A DNA stretch of 37,277 bases from Octopus bimaculoides (lineage: Eukaryota), in the NCBI RefSeq assembly GCF_001194135.2, contig NC_069004.1, forward strand, positions 5,697,220 through 5,734,496. The letters are read 5' to 3'. Positions 1 through 12,459 of the stretch are shown here, piece after piece. The position numbers were made by a program, and so were the translations under genes. Position 1 is the first letter of the stretch; each line of letters starts with the position of its first letter. The notes beneath the pieces are model-generated. The model was not told the origin of the DNA. It saw only the letters and a program-made list of their open reading frames with translations, and made no database searches.

Positions 1-218
1 ACTTCACACATTTTTCTTCTTTTTTTTTGTTGCTTTCCATAGATTTCACGCTTACCCTAACCTCCCCCACCCCCCACTCCCCATCTTCTAGTTTTATAGT
101 AGTTGCAGTATAGATGGCGCTACCGCTGCAGATGTTGGCGTTACTCCTGCTGCTGCACTTGCCGCTGTCTTCCTCTGTTGTCTGCAGCAGCTTTATATGC
201 AACTGCTGCTGCTGTTGT

Positions 219-260
<42 letters not shown>

Positions 261-406
261 AACAACAACTGAATGGGAGAAAATACTCTACGTAGTCACT
301 CGACTTCTCAGAAATAGCAGTCATAGCTACGTCAAATCACATCTGCCATCTTAAGGAATTGAAGGACACTTTGATAATATAGCTACAGCCTCACATGTAC
401 ACACAA

Positions 407-464
<58 letters not shown>

Positions 465-472
465 GCTCACAG

Positions 473-561
473 GCATATAGCGTAATGGTTAAGAGCGCGG
501 GCTACTAACTCCAAGATTCCGGGTTTGATTCCAGGGAGTGACCTGAATAATAACAATAATG

Positions 562-597
<36 letters not shown>

Positions 598-625
598 TTG
601 AAAAATACCTTAGGAATAAGAACCC
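473..625 (+). mobile_element. 3'-truncated copy of the family C tRNA-headed SINE
   Basis: gcgtaatggttaagagcgcgggctactaactccaagattccgggtttgattccagg...(AAT)n...aaaaataccttaggaataagaaccc matches the 5' half of the element at 24024-24267 and stops before the hammerhead. Confidence 0.8.
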
Positions 626-699
626 CTAACATAGCCGTGGTCCAACGACTGAAAGAAATAAAGGATTAAGATGAACGATAAAAGATAATACACATTGTA

Positions 700-850
700 A
701 ACTGGTGAGCGTTAGGATGGGCCCCAAACTGTAGAAACCATGGCAAAGCAGAGACCGGAGTTTAATGGTGTCTTTGGACCCACTGGATTTTATGAAATCC
801 TCTAACTCATGTTGACATGGAATATAGCAGTTCAATGACAATGATGATGA
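700..850 (+). mobile_element. Degenerate SINE 3' tail (family B-like) ending in (GAT)n
   Basis: gcgttagga...ctgtagaaacc...ctaactcatgttgacatggaa...aatgacaatgatgatga resembles the tails at 1393-1569 and 9324-9631. Confidence 0.5.
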
Positions 851-862
851 CTTTTGTCATTA

Positions 863-1240
863 TTAATCCTTTAGCATCCAGATTACGTTCTCAAATCTAA
901 TATTCATTTATTCACATTGTCTTGAACTAATGATGCATAATATTGTAGCTTCGAGATTTCAATGATGTAATTGCTTGCTTCTAGAATGGCGTTGTAGGTT
1001 AGGTGTGAGAGTCCAGATCCGGTCTGTATAAACATAAAACAGCTAGAATATTTGGGCCAGATATGGCCACCCTTTAGCATTCATATTATTCTGCTTATTT
1101 ATTCACATTGCTTTGAATCGATCTCATGGCTTCACAATTTCATTGTTGTGATTGTTTATTTTTAGAAAGCCATTGTAGGGTAGATATGAAAGTCTGTATC
1201 TGGATGGTTTGAACATTAAAAAAATGGGTAGAATATTTGC
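863..1240 (+). mobile_element. Two head-to-tail, right-end-truncated copies of a TTAA/CCCTTT-type (piggyBac-like) MITE
   Basis: Copy 1 starts ttaatcctttagcat at 863; copy 2 starts accctttagcattca at about 1069. Both share tttattcacattg, tttcaatgatgt/tttcattgttgt, tgtagg.tag and tagaatatttg in the same order. The piggyBac-like label rests on the TTAA-CCCTTT-like end only. Confidence 0.6.
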
Positions 1241-1392
1241 ATTTGTACCTGTGGCAGTGTTCACCCAGGGTAGGTTGAGCAAGTTCATTTCGTCCCTCAC
1301 AAATGCTGTTTACATCTGACAGTTGGCCATGGTTGAGGCTGTAATGAAATCCCACACCCAGTCCCACAGATGCAGGGGCCCCAATTGTACTA

Positions 1393-1569
1393 CACCCACT
1401 ACACTCTTGGAGTGGTTGGTGTTAGGAAGGGCATCCAGCTGTAGAAACTCTGCCAAATCCAGATTGGAGCCTGGTGTTGCCATCTGGTTTCACCAGTCCT
1501 CAGTCAAATTGTCCAACCCATGCTAGCATGGAAAGCGGACGTTAAACGATGACGATGATAATGATGATG
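1393..1569 (+). mobile_element. SINE 3' part (family B) with (GAT)n tail
   Basis: gggcatccagctgtagaaactctgccaaatc...gtccaacccatgctagcatggaaagcggacgttaaacgatgacgatg is the reverse complement of the copies at 9324, 10795 and 16089. Confidence 0.85.
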
Positions 1570-1639
1570 AATGTGGCCGGTATAACCCTTTCATAACCGG
1601 CTTGAAATAAAAATAAAGACCGGCATTGATCCATTCAAA

Positions 1640-1708
1640 TAAAAATCCTTCGAGGCATTGCCCCAGCATGGCTGCAGTCTAATAACTGAAACAAGGGAAA
1701 GATAAAAA
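1640..1708 (+). mobile_element. SINE family A 3' end fragment
   Basis: gccccagcatggctgcagtctaataactgaaacaag matches the tails at about 4330-4370 and 35200-35240. Confidence 0.75.
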
Positions 1709-2239
1709 ATACAGACATACAAAAAAACCCCCCAAAAAACAAAGGTAGCCCTTGTATTCTAAAACAGCGTGGATATTTTAACGACAGCTGATGAAGTTGG
1801 GATGGGGTCTGTAATTCTGAACGAGGACCCACACTAGGTACTCCCAGCTGGAGCTCGCTGACCCTAAGAGTTCCATCAGGCAGGGTCGTCATGCCCTGAC
1901 GTAGTCAATGGTCTCTAACTACTACCTACACACACATTTCATATTCATATATGTTACTATAACAAAGTAACACTCATTGTCTCTATATGGATGCACAAGC
2001 ACACAAATTCACACATCTCTTTGTGTGTGTTGTTGAAATATAATATTTACACAATACATTTGTATTGAGTGCTTCATCAGTTTTTTTTTGTTTGTTTGGC
2101 TGTTGCCTTTTTAAATGTTTATTAGACACTTTAAGCCCACTCACTGTTATTATTTTATGTTACTGATGCAGTACCATAAACACACTAATTCACACACGTC
2201 TACATACACACTTTTTATACACACACACACACACACACC

Positions 2240-2270
<31 letters not shown>

Positions 2271-2290
2271 GTATGCATGTGTATACACAA

Positions 2291-2341
<51 letters not shown>

Positions 2342-2380
2342 GATACACAAGCACAATTATATACATATTTGCATACACAC

Positions 2381-2417
<37 letters not shown>

Positions 2418-2737
2418 NNNNNNNNNNNNNNNNNNNNNNNNNNNNNNNNNNNNNNNNNNNNNNNNNNNNNNNNNNNNNNNNNNNNNNNNNNNNNNNNNNN
2501 NNNNNNNNNNNNNNNNNNNNNNNNNNNNNNNNNNNNNNNNNNNNNNNNNNNNNNNNNNNNNNNNNNNNNNNNNNNNNNNNNNNNNNNNNNNNNNNNNNNN
2601 NNNNNNNNNNNNNNNNNNNNNNNNNNNNNNNNNNNNNNNNNNNNNNNNNNNNNNNNNNNNNNNNNNNNNNNNNNNNCTGAACACCCTTCAGTGTTACTAA
2701 GCATTGATCTTTCCCATTCTCTCTCTCTCTCTCTCTG

Positions 2738-2793
<56 letters not shown>

Positions 2794-2971
2794 TATATAA
2801 TATGTATGTATGTCTTTATCAGTCCATTAGCAAGCTGGCTTATATCTTGTTTCTCGGCTAGTGTGTGTATGTGTGAACCTACTGTAAATGTCTCTATATT
2901 GTCATCTCACACATGCGCACACACACATATATTTGTTCACATACACACACAGATGCATGTACACACATGTG

Positions 2972-3007
<36 letters not shown>

Positions 3008-3619
3008 CTCTCTCTCCTCTGTGTATAGTGTATTTACTTTAATCAATCCTGTTGTTGATACGAGCTAATGTTTTATTGTAAAACAGTTTGGTGCTATTGT
3101 AATTGCGTTTGTGCGTGTGTGTGTCTCTGTGTGTGTAAGTGTCCATGTGTGTATTTGTGTGGGACATGCCTGTGTGAGTGTATTCATACAGATGTGTGTG
3201 CATATATATATATATATATATATAGTGTGTATACATCTCTCCTTGTGCACACGTGTCTGTGTGTCTGTATGTATTTGTCAATGTGTGGGTGTATTTGTAT
3301 GTGTGTATCAATGTGTGGTGTATTTATGTAATCCTTGTGTGTGCGTGCTTGCATTTGCAGTTGTTTTGTTAGTGCGTGTGTGTGTGTGTGTGTTTCAATG
3401 CACTTGGTTTTAATTTATATGGTCTTATACATACACACACAGACACACACTCATTAGCTACACACACACACACACACACATTAGCTACACAGACACACAC
3501 ACACTCTCCCCCCACATATACATACGCAAACACTTTCTTTCTCCACGTACATAAACACTCACATTCCCTTTCTTCCACACACACACACACACACACACAC
3601 TCTTTCCTTTCTCACTTTC

Positions 3620-3650
<31 letters not shown>

Positions 3651-4061
3651 TCTTTCTCTCTCTCTCTCCACACACACACACACACAATCTTTCTCTNNNN
3701 NNNNNNACACACACACACACGATCTTTCTCTCTCTCTCTCTCCACACACACACACACACAATCTTTCTCTCTTTCTCTCCACACACACACTCTCTTTTTC
3801 CTTTCTCACTCTCCACACACACGCACTCTTTTTCTCTCTCTTTCTCTCTACACACACATATTCCATCTCTTTCTCTCTGTCTCCAACTCACACTCATGCA
3901 TACAAACACATAGTGCATAAAATATGGCTACATATTTATACATCTTTATACTGACATAAGGACATTGTTGTGTTTCCAGTCTTCCTCAAAACATGTCTGG
4001 CCACAGATTCTAGCTGAGAATATTGCTTCCTTTTTGTGATTATTTGGGTTGGCAAAAGTCT

Positions 4062-4380
4062 TTTACTCTACCCTCGGACCAAACAAAGCTTTGTGAGTGG
4101 ATTTGATAGACGGAAACTGAAAGAAGCCCATCGTATACATTTGTGTGTGTGTGTGTCTAGGAACTGTGTCTGTCTGTCACAACCGCTTGACAACTGCTGC
4201 TGGTGTGTTTAGATCCCTGTAACTTAGTGGTTCAGCAAAAGGCACTGATAGGATTAGTAGCAGGCTGAAAGAAAATATAGAGAAGTCCTGGAGTTGATCC
4301 ATTTGACTAAAAAATTCTTCAACGTGGTGCCCCAGCATGGCCACAGTCTAATCACTGAAACAAAGTAAATGATAAAAGAT
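4062..4380 (+). mobile_element. SINE family A (abundant tRNA-derived SINE), 5'-truncated
   Basis: caaagctttgtgagtggatttgatagacggaaactgaaagaagccc...gcttgacaac...gtaacttagtggttcagcaaaag...ccccagcatggccacagtc is colinear with 34929-35257. Confidence 0.85.
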
Positions 4381-4450
<70 letters not shown>

Positions 4451-4880
4451 NNNNNNNNNNNNNNNNNNNNNNNNNNNNNNNNNNNNNNNNNNNNNNNNNN
4501 NNNNNNNNNNNNNNNNNNNNNNNNNNNNNNNNNNNNNNNNNNNNNNNNNNNNNNNNNNNNNNNNNNNNNNNNNNNNNNNNNNNNNNNNNNNNNNNNNNNN
4601 NNNNNNNNNNNNNNNNNNNNNNNNNNNNNNNNNNNNNNNNNNNNNNNNNNNNNNNNNNNNNNNNNNNNNNNNNNNNNNNNNNNNNNNNNNNNNNNNNNNN
4701 NNNNNNNNNNNNNNNNNNNNNNNNNNNNNNNNNNNNNNNNNNNNNNNNNNNNNNNNNNNNNNNNNNNNNNNNNNNNNNNNNNNNNNNNNNNNNNNNNNNN
4801 NNNNNNNNNNNNNNNNNNNNNNNNNNNNNNNNNNNATATATATATATATACGTACATACTTGTATGCAGGTGTGTGTGTG

Positions 4881-4915
<35 letters not shown>

Positions 4916-5759
4916 ACACACACACCTGCATACATGTGCACGCTCTTGTTTGTTTGGTTATGCCGTTGAATAAATATTTGCAGTAGAAGGGGAATCGATG
5001 GCTGTGTGTGTGTGCATAGATGTATATATGCATGTGTGTGTGTCTGTGTGTCCCTGCTACTGTTCATTGATATTTATCAATTTCTTCTCCACCCCTCTCC
5101 ACCTGTGTGTGTGTGTGTGTACCTAATCATTGATCATGTCTGTCTTCATCTCTTTCTCTAGCTTTGTTTCATGCACACTCACACAGAAACACTTGCTGTT
5201 TTTCTCTCTCTCTCTCTCTCTCATGTTCTACCTGTCTGCCTGTCTCTCTGTCTATCTCTCTACCTCTATCCCCTCTCCTTCTCTCTCTCACTCTCTCTCT
5301 CCGATTGTCTCTCTCTTTCTTTTTATCAGTCTATCCGTCTCTCTCTCTCTCTCTCTCTGTCTCCCACACATAAACAGTCTATCTCTTTCTCTCTCTGTGT
5401 TTCTCTTTGTCTACCAGTCTCTCTGTTCCTAATCCTCCTCTCTCTCCCTCCCTCTTTTCTTCACCCATTTTCTCTTTGTCTCTCTCTCTTTCTCTCTTTC
5501 TCTCTGTCTCTGTCTGTCTGTCTGTCTCCCCCCCCCCCAGCAAGCGTGCATTCAACACCCAAAACCCTAATGTTGCAGATTAGTCTCAAGGAAGAACGAA
5601 GAATATACAGAAATGGAGTTTAGAATAAGGAGGTAGAGTACAAGAATGACGAAGAAGTAAGGGGCGGGGGTTGCTCGTGAGCATCAGAATGTAGAGAAGA
5701 GAGAGAGAGAATGGTGAAAGAGAATACACTGAGATTAAAAATAAATACCTATCAGTCAG

Positions 5760-5790
<31 letters not shown>

Positions 5791-8149
5791 GTTGATCAAT
5801 AAAGAAGCCATCGTCTTTTGCAAAAGTCACCTGGCTGTCATTCATGTCAATCATTTGTCATCGGCCAGATCCCATGAAATGTAGGTTTTGAGGGGGGTGG
5901 GGGGTGGGGGTAGTGTGATGGAATTGGTGGAAACGGCAGAACGAAGGAATTTTGAATCTTTTTGGAGATTTCTTTTGTGTTAAAAAGGCAGTCGGATCCG
6001 GTGCCGAGGCTGATTAAACGGATGGTGGTCGTGGTGGGGTGGGGGAGAGCTATGAAGGGAAGATTGGTGGTGGTGGTGGAGAAGTGATGTGAAGATGTTT
6101 TTTTTTCCCCTTTTAATATTGATCTTTGCAAGAAAAAAAGACAAAAAAGAATTTAGTAAANNNNNNNNNNNNNNNNNNNNNNNNNNNNNNNNNNNNNNNN
6201 NNNNNNNNNNNNNNNNNNNNNNNNNNNNNNNNNNNNNNNNNNNNNNNNNNNNNNNNNNNNNNNNNNNNNNNNNNNNNNNNNNNNNNNNNNNNNNNNNNNN
6301 NNNNNNNNNNNNNNNNNNNNNNNNNNNNNNNNNNNNNNNNNNNNNNNNNNNNNNNNNNNNNNNNNNNNNNNNNNNNNNNNNNNNNNNNNNNNNNNNNNNN
6401 NNNNNNNNNNNNNNNNNNNNNNNNNNNNNNNNNNNNNNNNNNNNNNNNNNNNNNNNNNNNNNNNNNNNNNNNNNNNNNNNNNNNNNNNNNNNNNNNNATT
6501 CGTGTGTGTGCGTGTGTATGAAGTGGGGAGGGGGGGTTGAGGTGGGGGAGGGGTTTGCACAAAAAATGCAAGAAATTAAGAATATGAATTTTTTATTTTA
6601 TTTTCTTTACTTTTTTGATTATAGTTTTTATTGATTTGTTTTCCTGCTTCCACGCCTCCCCCCCCCCTGCGACCCTTAAATTGGATCGCTACTTTGCATA
6701 TGCATCGTGCTCATGTGCATTCATCTGTGCTTGAGTGCATTCACATAGGAAAGCAGATGTACACAAACACACACACATGCATACACGCATGCGCACAGAC
6801 TGCACGGTGCGTACGCAAATAGTTTAATGCTCATAGTGTCAAATATACTAAAACGTGCATGATTGCACACTGCACTGTACATACACATGCACATACAATG
6901 CACAAGCATGCGCAGAACTGTCTCACATTCATGGGGGTCACACATATAAATGCTTTACACGCGCATGTGCAAACGCATAGTCATCTTGATGGGATCACAT
7001 ACATAGAAATCCACACGCGCACACACTATCATGCACACATTTATAGTGGTACCGCACTATATTCTACAATCACACGTGCGCACACATACACACACACACA
7101 CACACTATAATACTCAAATTGTTGGAATTACACGTAGTGGTACACCACTATACTTTACAATCCCACACACACACACACACACACATGCGTGCGCGCGTAT
7201 ACACATGCATATTGGGACACATATACACACACACACACACATTGAGAAGTGTTCTCTTTAGTTTTGCACATTCACATGCTTTTTCGAATGTATACACTAG
7301 TACGACCATGGTCACACACACACACGCATATCTTTATACATACTCTTACTCATGTCTTTAGATATACACACAACTTTGCATATACAGATACATGCCTTTA
7401 TATACACACCTTTTACACACATCTACAAGTTTCCATACACACACACACATGTTTACACATTAATGCTCCTCAGCACATATACACGCACACATATACTCAC
7501 ATCTTCACATTTGTATATACATATATGTCTCTATGCACACTTATACACACATCTTTATATACATGCATACACCTTTACATATACTCATAAATATGCACAC
7601 ACACACACACACACACACACATCTTTACACACACACACTTGCAACTTTAAACACCCACACATCACATTCATGCTCTCGTGTATTATTCTCACACACAAAG
7701 CTACATATGGAAACATGCATGCATAGGAGCACACATGTGCATGTGCGCATCTTCTCACCATGGGATAACGTATGCACATACACAACCCCATGCATAAACA
7801 TATTAGCAGATACTGCACTTGCACACACATCCATATTCATGTTCTCATGTATTACTCTCACATGCAAGGTTGAATGCACGAACATGCATGCTCACAGGGG
7901 ACACGACACACACATACACACATCTCCATGTGTTCTCAATACTCTATGTTCATCTGCTCACATATAACCCAATCCATGCAGACATGTTAGTGCATATACA
8001 TGCACAGATCCATGTTCGTGCTCTCATGTATTATCCTCCCACATGCACATGTACAGATATAATCCTATACATGCGCACATAACAGTGCATTTGTATTCGC
8101 TCTGTGCATTCTCATCCATGCTTTTCTTTTGATGAATGAGATGCTGTGT

Positions 8150-8650
8150 CTATTAAGAATTTGACATAGAAAGCCATGTACGAAGAATTTGATGTATTTA
8201 ATTCTTTCTGTAGTAAATTCGATCGGTTGAAGTTGTATTGGAAGAATAATTTCGGTTAAAATTATAGCTGAAGAAGTTTCAGAGTAAAAATGTATTTAAA
8301 AGTTGTATTTGAAGAATTTTTGATGTATAGTATTGTCTGAAGAATACGGCATGTGGTGCTGCATCTGGAGGAATTCAACATTTTAAGTTGTATCTAGAAA
8401 ATTTGATTGATGTTATTGTATGCGAAGAATTTGGTGTGTTGCATGTGAAGAATTAAGTGGTCTGTATCATAGGAATTCAGCATGTTTGTGACTGAAGAAT
8501 TTGATATTAAATTGTATCTGAAGAATTCGCTGTTAAATTGTATCTGTGGAATTTGGTGAGTTGTATTTGGAGAGTATGGTGTCTTGTGTCTAAATAATTT
8601 GATGCGTAGTACTGGATCTGAATAATTTGTGTCTGAGAAATATTTTTGGT
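8150..8650 (+). repeat. Degenerate minisatellite, about 20-30 nt unit (ttgtatctgaagaatttgat...)
   Basis: The motifs gaagaatt and ttgtatct recur at irregular spacing through about 500 nt. Confidence 0.7.
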
Positions 8651-8879
8651 AACATTTTCATTAAAACTGTATGTAAAACATTATGCTCAGGGATATTGTA
8701 TATAAAGAATTTGTTATTTCTTCTGGCCTTAGGCTTCATTATTGTCTTGGATTCCATCATTGTTTCATCTCCAGTCTTTGGTACTTCTTAGTAGTTCAGT
8801 CATGTTTCACTGATGGGAGAATAAGAATAAAAACATGCCCAAAGCGTTCCCTCATATTTGCTGAAATACAGAGAATAAT

Positions 8880-9078
8880 AATATTTGATCTGTTAGAAAT
8901 AACAGTAATAGCCGAATCTCTACTTCAGTCACATCCTATCATCTTTAAAAAAATACTAAAATAGGAAAGCATATTGGATAATGTAGTTCTAGATATACTA
9001 TGTTTGAAAGATAAATGGGACAGTCACATCTGGAAAGGCTTTAGATATAGGTTGACTTTATCGTGACCTGGGATAAAA
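8880..9078 (+). mobile_element. Dispersed short repeat (here family F)
   Basis: tgttagaaataacag...attggataatgtagttctagatatactatgtttgaaa...gacctggg; related segments lie at 17768-17842 (-), 23062-23215 (+) and 35260-35470 (+). Confidence 0.6.
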
Positions 9079-9323
9079 TCATCCCAGAACGACAATAGTT
9101 ATTTTAATCGTTTTTGTAAAACACTAAATTAAATGTTGATTGGTTTCCTTCTTTTATTGCATTGGAAGGGGAAAGTAGTGTCTGTGGTGAAAGGGATGAA
9201 AGAAAGACTGGTAGATTAAATAGATAATAGAAATGGAGCTTGTTAGGCAGGCAATCATGGAAACAAACAGTTAATATAGGGAGGAAAGGGGAAAGAGAGA
9301 AGGAGCAAAAGGTAGGGTAAAAT

Positions 9324-9631
9324 TCATCATCATCATCATCATTGTTTAACGTCTGCTTTCCAAGCTGGCATGGGTTGGACGGTTTGACTGAGGACTGGTG
9401 AGCCAGATGGCTGCACCAGGCTGCAATCTGATCTGGTAGAGTTTCTACAGCTGGATGCCCTTCCTAATGCCAACCACTCCAAGAGTGAAGTGGGTGTTTT
9501 TACGTGCCATCTGCACAGAAGCCAGTCCAGCAGCACTGGCAACAACTTCGCTTGAATGTTGTTTTTCACGTACTATCGGCACAAGTGCCAGTAAGGTGAC
9601 ACTGGCTACGATTACGCTTGAATGGTGCTTT
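9324..9631 (-). mobile_element. SINE family B
   Basis: (CAT)n followed by tttaacgtctgctttccaagctggcatgggttggacggtttgactgaggactgg...ctacagctggatgcccttcctaatgccaaccactc. Confidence 0.9.
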
Positions 9632-10754
9632 GAAAGAAACACAGAGCATCTCAAAATAAATACAGTAACAAAAGAGTTTTAAAGTCAAATGAGTTACGGA
9701 AATGATGCTAAAATAAGCTCTTGCGTTTTGTGTCAGGTATTGTACTAGTATATTAGTGGTATAACTCCAACTGCTATCTTTTCAAAATGTTTTTCATTTT
9801 CTAAATTCGAAACATTTTAAAGTTATTTTTTTTTAACTATTACTTTCTAATTAATTTTTTTTTATACTCTATTATGGGTGCTCATGGGGTGGATGGGGGG
9901 AAAGGTAGTGTTGAAATGAGAGAGATGTCTAAGTTCGATGGGAATGATTGATTGTAATTAATTAATTAATTATTTTGGTTTTTTTCTTCATTTTTTTTTT
10001 GTTTGAGATTTATATTTTGATTAAAGTTTGTTAGGAAATAAACAACAACAAAAATCTGTGGTTGATTGGTTTACTACTGATAGGAAGGATCAATGTTGTT
10101 GTTGTTATTGTTGTTGTTGACGGTGGCGGTGGTGGTTGGTGCTGCTTGTCATTACCAAAGCCAAACCACCCTGATTCTACCCTGTTCTATCCAATCACCT
10201 GTTAAAAGTAATTGCCGCCAAAAAAATAAATAAATAAAATAAATAAATAGAATAAAAAAAAAAAGTAAAAATGAAAAAATATAAAAACGAAACAAAAAGT
10301 TTAAAGAACCCATTTTTGAGAAAACCAAAGGGGAAATGAAACAATGCATCATCATCACCATCATCATCACCAATGTCATCATCACCTGCACTAGTGCAAG
10401 TGCTGCCACTACTATCATTTTCCTCTTCAGCATCATCATCACTACCCCCAACACCACCCTTCTCCTCATGATCATCATCATCACCATCAATGTTATCTTT
10501 ATATCATCATTGCGTTCACTGTTTTACTTTGTGTTGAAAAAGACAGCATTTGTTTGTTTTTTCCTGACATCCAGTTGATACTCTGCTTCCATGGGTTTGC
10601 TAGATCTGCAGTATTATAAAAATCAACATATAGCTCTTAATTCTATAATAAATCATGTTGTCGGTGCTTTTAATACCCAACCTCTTGCATACACTGAGTG
10701 ATATCTTTAACATCCAACACAGTGGGTAATATAGATCGATTGGCCTATAACAAC

Positions 10755-10794
<40 letters not shown>

Positions 10795-10797
<3 letters not shown>

Positions 10798-11175
10798 TCA
10801 TCATCATCATCATCGTTGTTGTCATTTAACGTCCACTTTCCATGCTGGCATGGGTTGGATGGTTTGACTGAGAACTGGCAAACCAAGAGGCTGCACCAGG
10901 CTCCAAACCAGTCTGATTTGGCATGGTTTCTACAGCTGGATGCCTTTCCTAATGCCAACCATTCAGAGAGTGTAATGGGTGTTTTCACATTCCACTGGCA
11001 CAGGCGCCTTTTGTGTTGTGTGACACCAGTATCTTCCATGACTGTGATTTTGCTCAGCTTGATAGGTCTTCTTCTCAAGCGCAACATAATACCAAAGTCC
11101 TTGGCTAGCGCTTCCGTGAGGCCCAACGCTCGAAAGGAACTTAGCCGCTTTGCCTCTGTAAGGCCCAATGCTCAT
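10795..11175 (-). mobile_element. SINE family B variant
   Basis: Same (CAT)n-tttaacgtccactttccatgctggcatgggttgga tail as 9324, with a different internal segment after about 11000. Confidence 0.85.
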
Positions 11176-11200
11176 CTGTAACATAAATAATGATAATAAT

Positions 11201-11418
11201 GATTTCAATTTTGGGGGGCACATTGCTAGCAAATTTGGGGGAGGGAGTAAGTCGATTACATGAATGCCGGTGCTTAATCTTCTTATTTCACCGACCCTGA
11301 AAGGATGAAAAGCAAATTTGTCCATGACAGAATTTGAACTCAGAATGACATATCAATGAATGAAATGCTGCTAAGCATTATGCCTGGCATGTTAACAATT
11401 CTGCCAGCTCATTCCCTT
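11201..11418 (-). mobile_element. tRNA-derived SINE family D
   Basis: gtcgattaca...cgaccctgaaaggatgaaaagcaaa...gaatttgaactcagaa...attctgccagctc; homologous to 23931-24400 (-) and 36251-36409 (+). Confidence 0.8.
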
Positions 11419-11476
11419 AGTAATAATAATGATAATTAGTAATAGTAATAATAATTAATTAATAGTAATAATAATT

Positions 11477-11652
11477 AATTCCTTTCAATTTTTGGTACAA
11501 GGCCAGTAATTCGGGTGTGTGGGTTAAATCAATTACACCAATGTGAAATGAAGTGTTTTGCTCAAGAACAAAGCTCACAGCTGGTCTGGGAATCGAAACC
11601 ACGATCTCACGGACTTGAGTGCAACACGCCTTACCGTTAGGCCATGCCCCTT
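11477..11652 (-). mobile_element. tRNA-headed SINE (family E-like head, D-like tail)
   Basis: Minus strand: ggcatggcctaacggtaagg (box A-like), ggtttcgattccc (box B), then ttcttgagcaaaacacttcatttcacattg as in the element at 21698. Confidence 0.7.
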
Positions 11653-12300
11653 TAAGGTCATCATTATGATTGTCATAATTATCATCAGCACCACCATCAT
11701 GATGATAATGATGATGATGATCATCATCATCATAAGCATCTGTCATCATCATCATCATCATCAACAGAGTGTGTCACGTTTAATCGAAAGACAAAACATG
11801 TAACCCCCTCCCCCCCCCGCCCCCCGCTACCCACAGATCCAGTCATGCTTGTGATGTCCATGTATGAAGTTCAGTTTTTTTTTTCACAGGCGGCTCTTAC
11901 TGTGCATGTGTCACGCNNNNNNNNNNNNNNNNNNNNNNNNNNNNNNNNNNNNNNNNNNNNNNNNNNNNNNNNNNNNNNNNNNNNNNNNNNNNNNNNNNNN
12001 NNNNNNNNNNNNNNNNNNNNNNNNNNNNNNNNNNNNNNNNNNNNNNNNNNNNNNNNNNNNNNNNNNNNNNNNNNNNNNNNNNNNNNNNNNNNNNNNNNNN
12101 NNNNNNNNNNNNNNNNNNNNNNNNNNNNNNNNNNNNNNNNNNNNNNNNNNNNNNNNNNNNNNNNNNNNNNNNNNNNNNNNNNNNNNNNNNNNNNNNNNNN
12201 NNNNNNNNNNNNNNNNNNNNNNNNNNNNNNNNNNNNATATATATATATATATATATATATATAATGCTTACATAGATTTATATGTGTGCATGTATATGCT

Positions 12301-12390
12301 GTAGTAGAAGACACTTGCCCAAGGTGCCACACAGTGGGACTGAACCCAGAACCCTGTGGTTGGGAAGCAAACTTTTTACCACACATCCAT
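12301..12390 (-). mobile_element. SINE family A 5' head
   Basis: Reverse complement gives gtgtggtaaaaagtttgcttcccaacc...gggttcagtcccactgtgtggcaccttgggcaagtgtcttctactac. Confidence 0.85.
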
Positions 12391-12422
12391 TTACATATAT
12401 ATCTTTTTCCTTTTTTTGAACT

Positions 12423-12459
<37 letters not shown>

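Noticed and set aside
103-354. ORF MQYRWRYRCRCW... and alternative frame IDGATAADVGVTPAAALAAV
   Set aside because: Degenerate (GCT)/(ACT)n triplet sequence with no convincing donor and no recognisable homology.
473-550. tRNA gene candidates here and at 21698, 24190-24267 and 31275
   Set aside because: Box A/B motifs are present, but no full cloverleaf was evident and each continues into a repeat body, so they are SINE heads.
1786-1830. CTGATGA at about 1788 as a second hammerhead
   Set aside because: No stem II or GAAA box follows.
3600-3790. Tandem (CA)n-gatctttctct units on either side of a 10-N gap
   Set aside because: Near-identical sequence on both sides of the gap suggests unmerged contig overlap.
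5890-6555. G-run clusters (about 5890-5910 and 6525-6555) as G-quadruplexes
   Set aside because: G/C homopolymer runs are common throughout the window and there is no additional support.
6690-8100. Scattered TGCATG/GCATG in the CA-rich tract
   Set aside because: Expected by chance from decay of (CA)/(TG) repeats; dispersed and not near a known exon.
8150-8650. CRISPR-like repeat-spacer look
   Set aside because: Eukaryotic DNA, repeats too short and degenerate, spacers resemble each other, and no cas genes.
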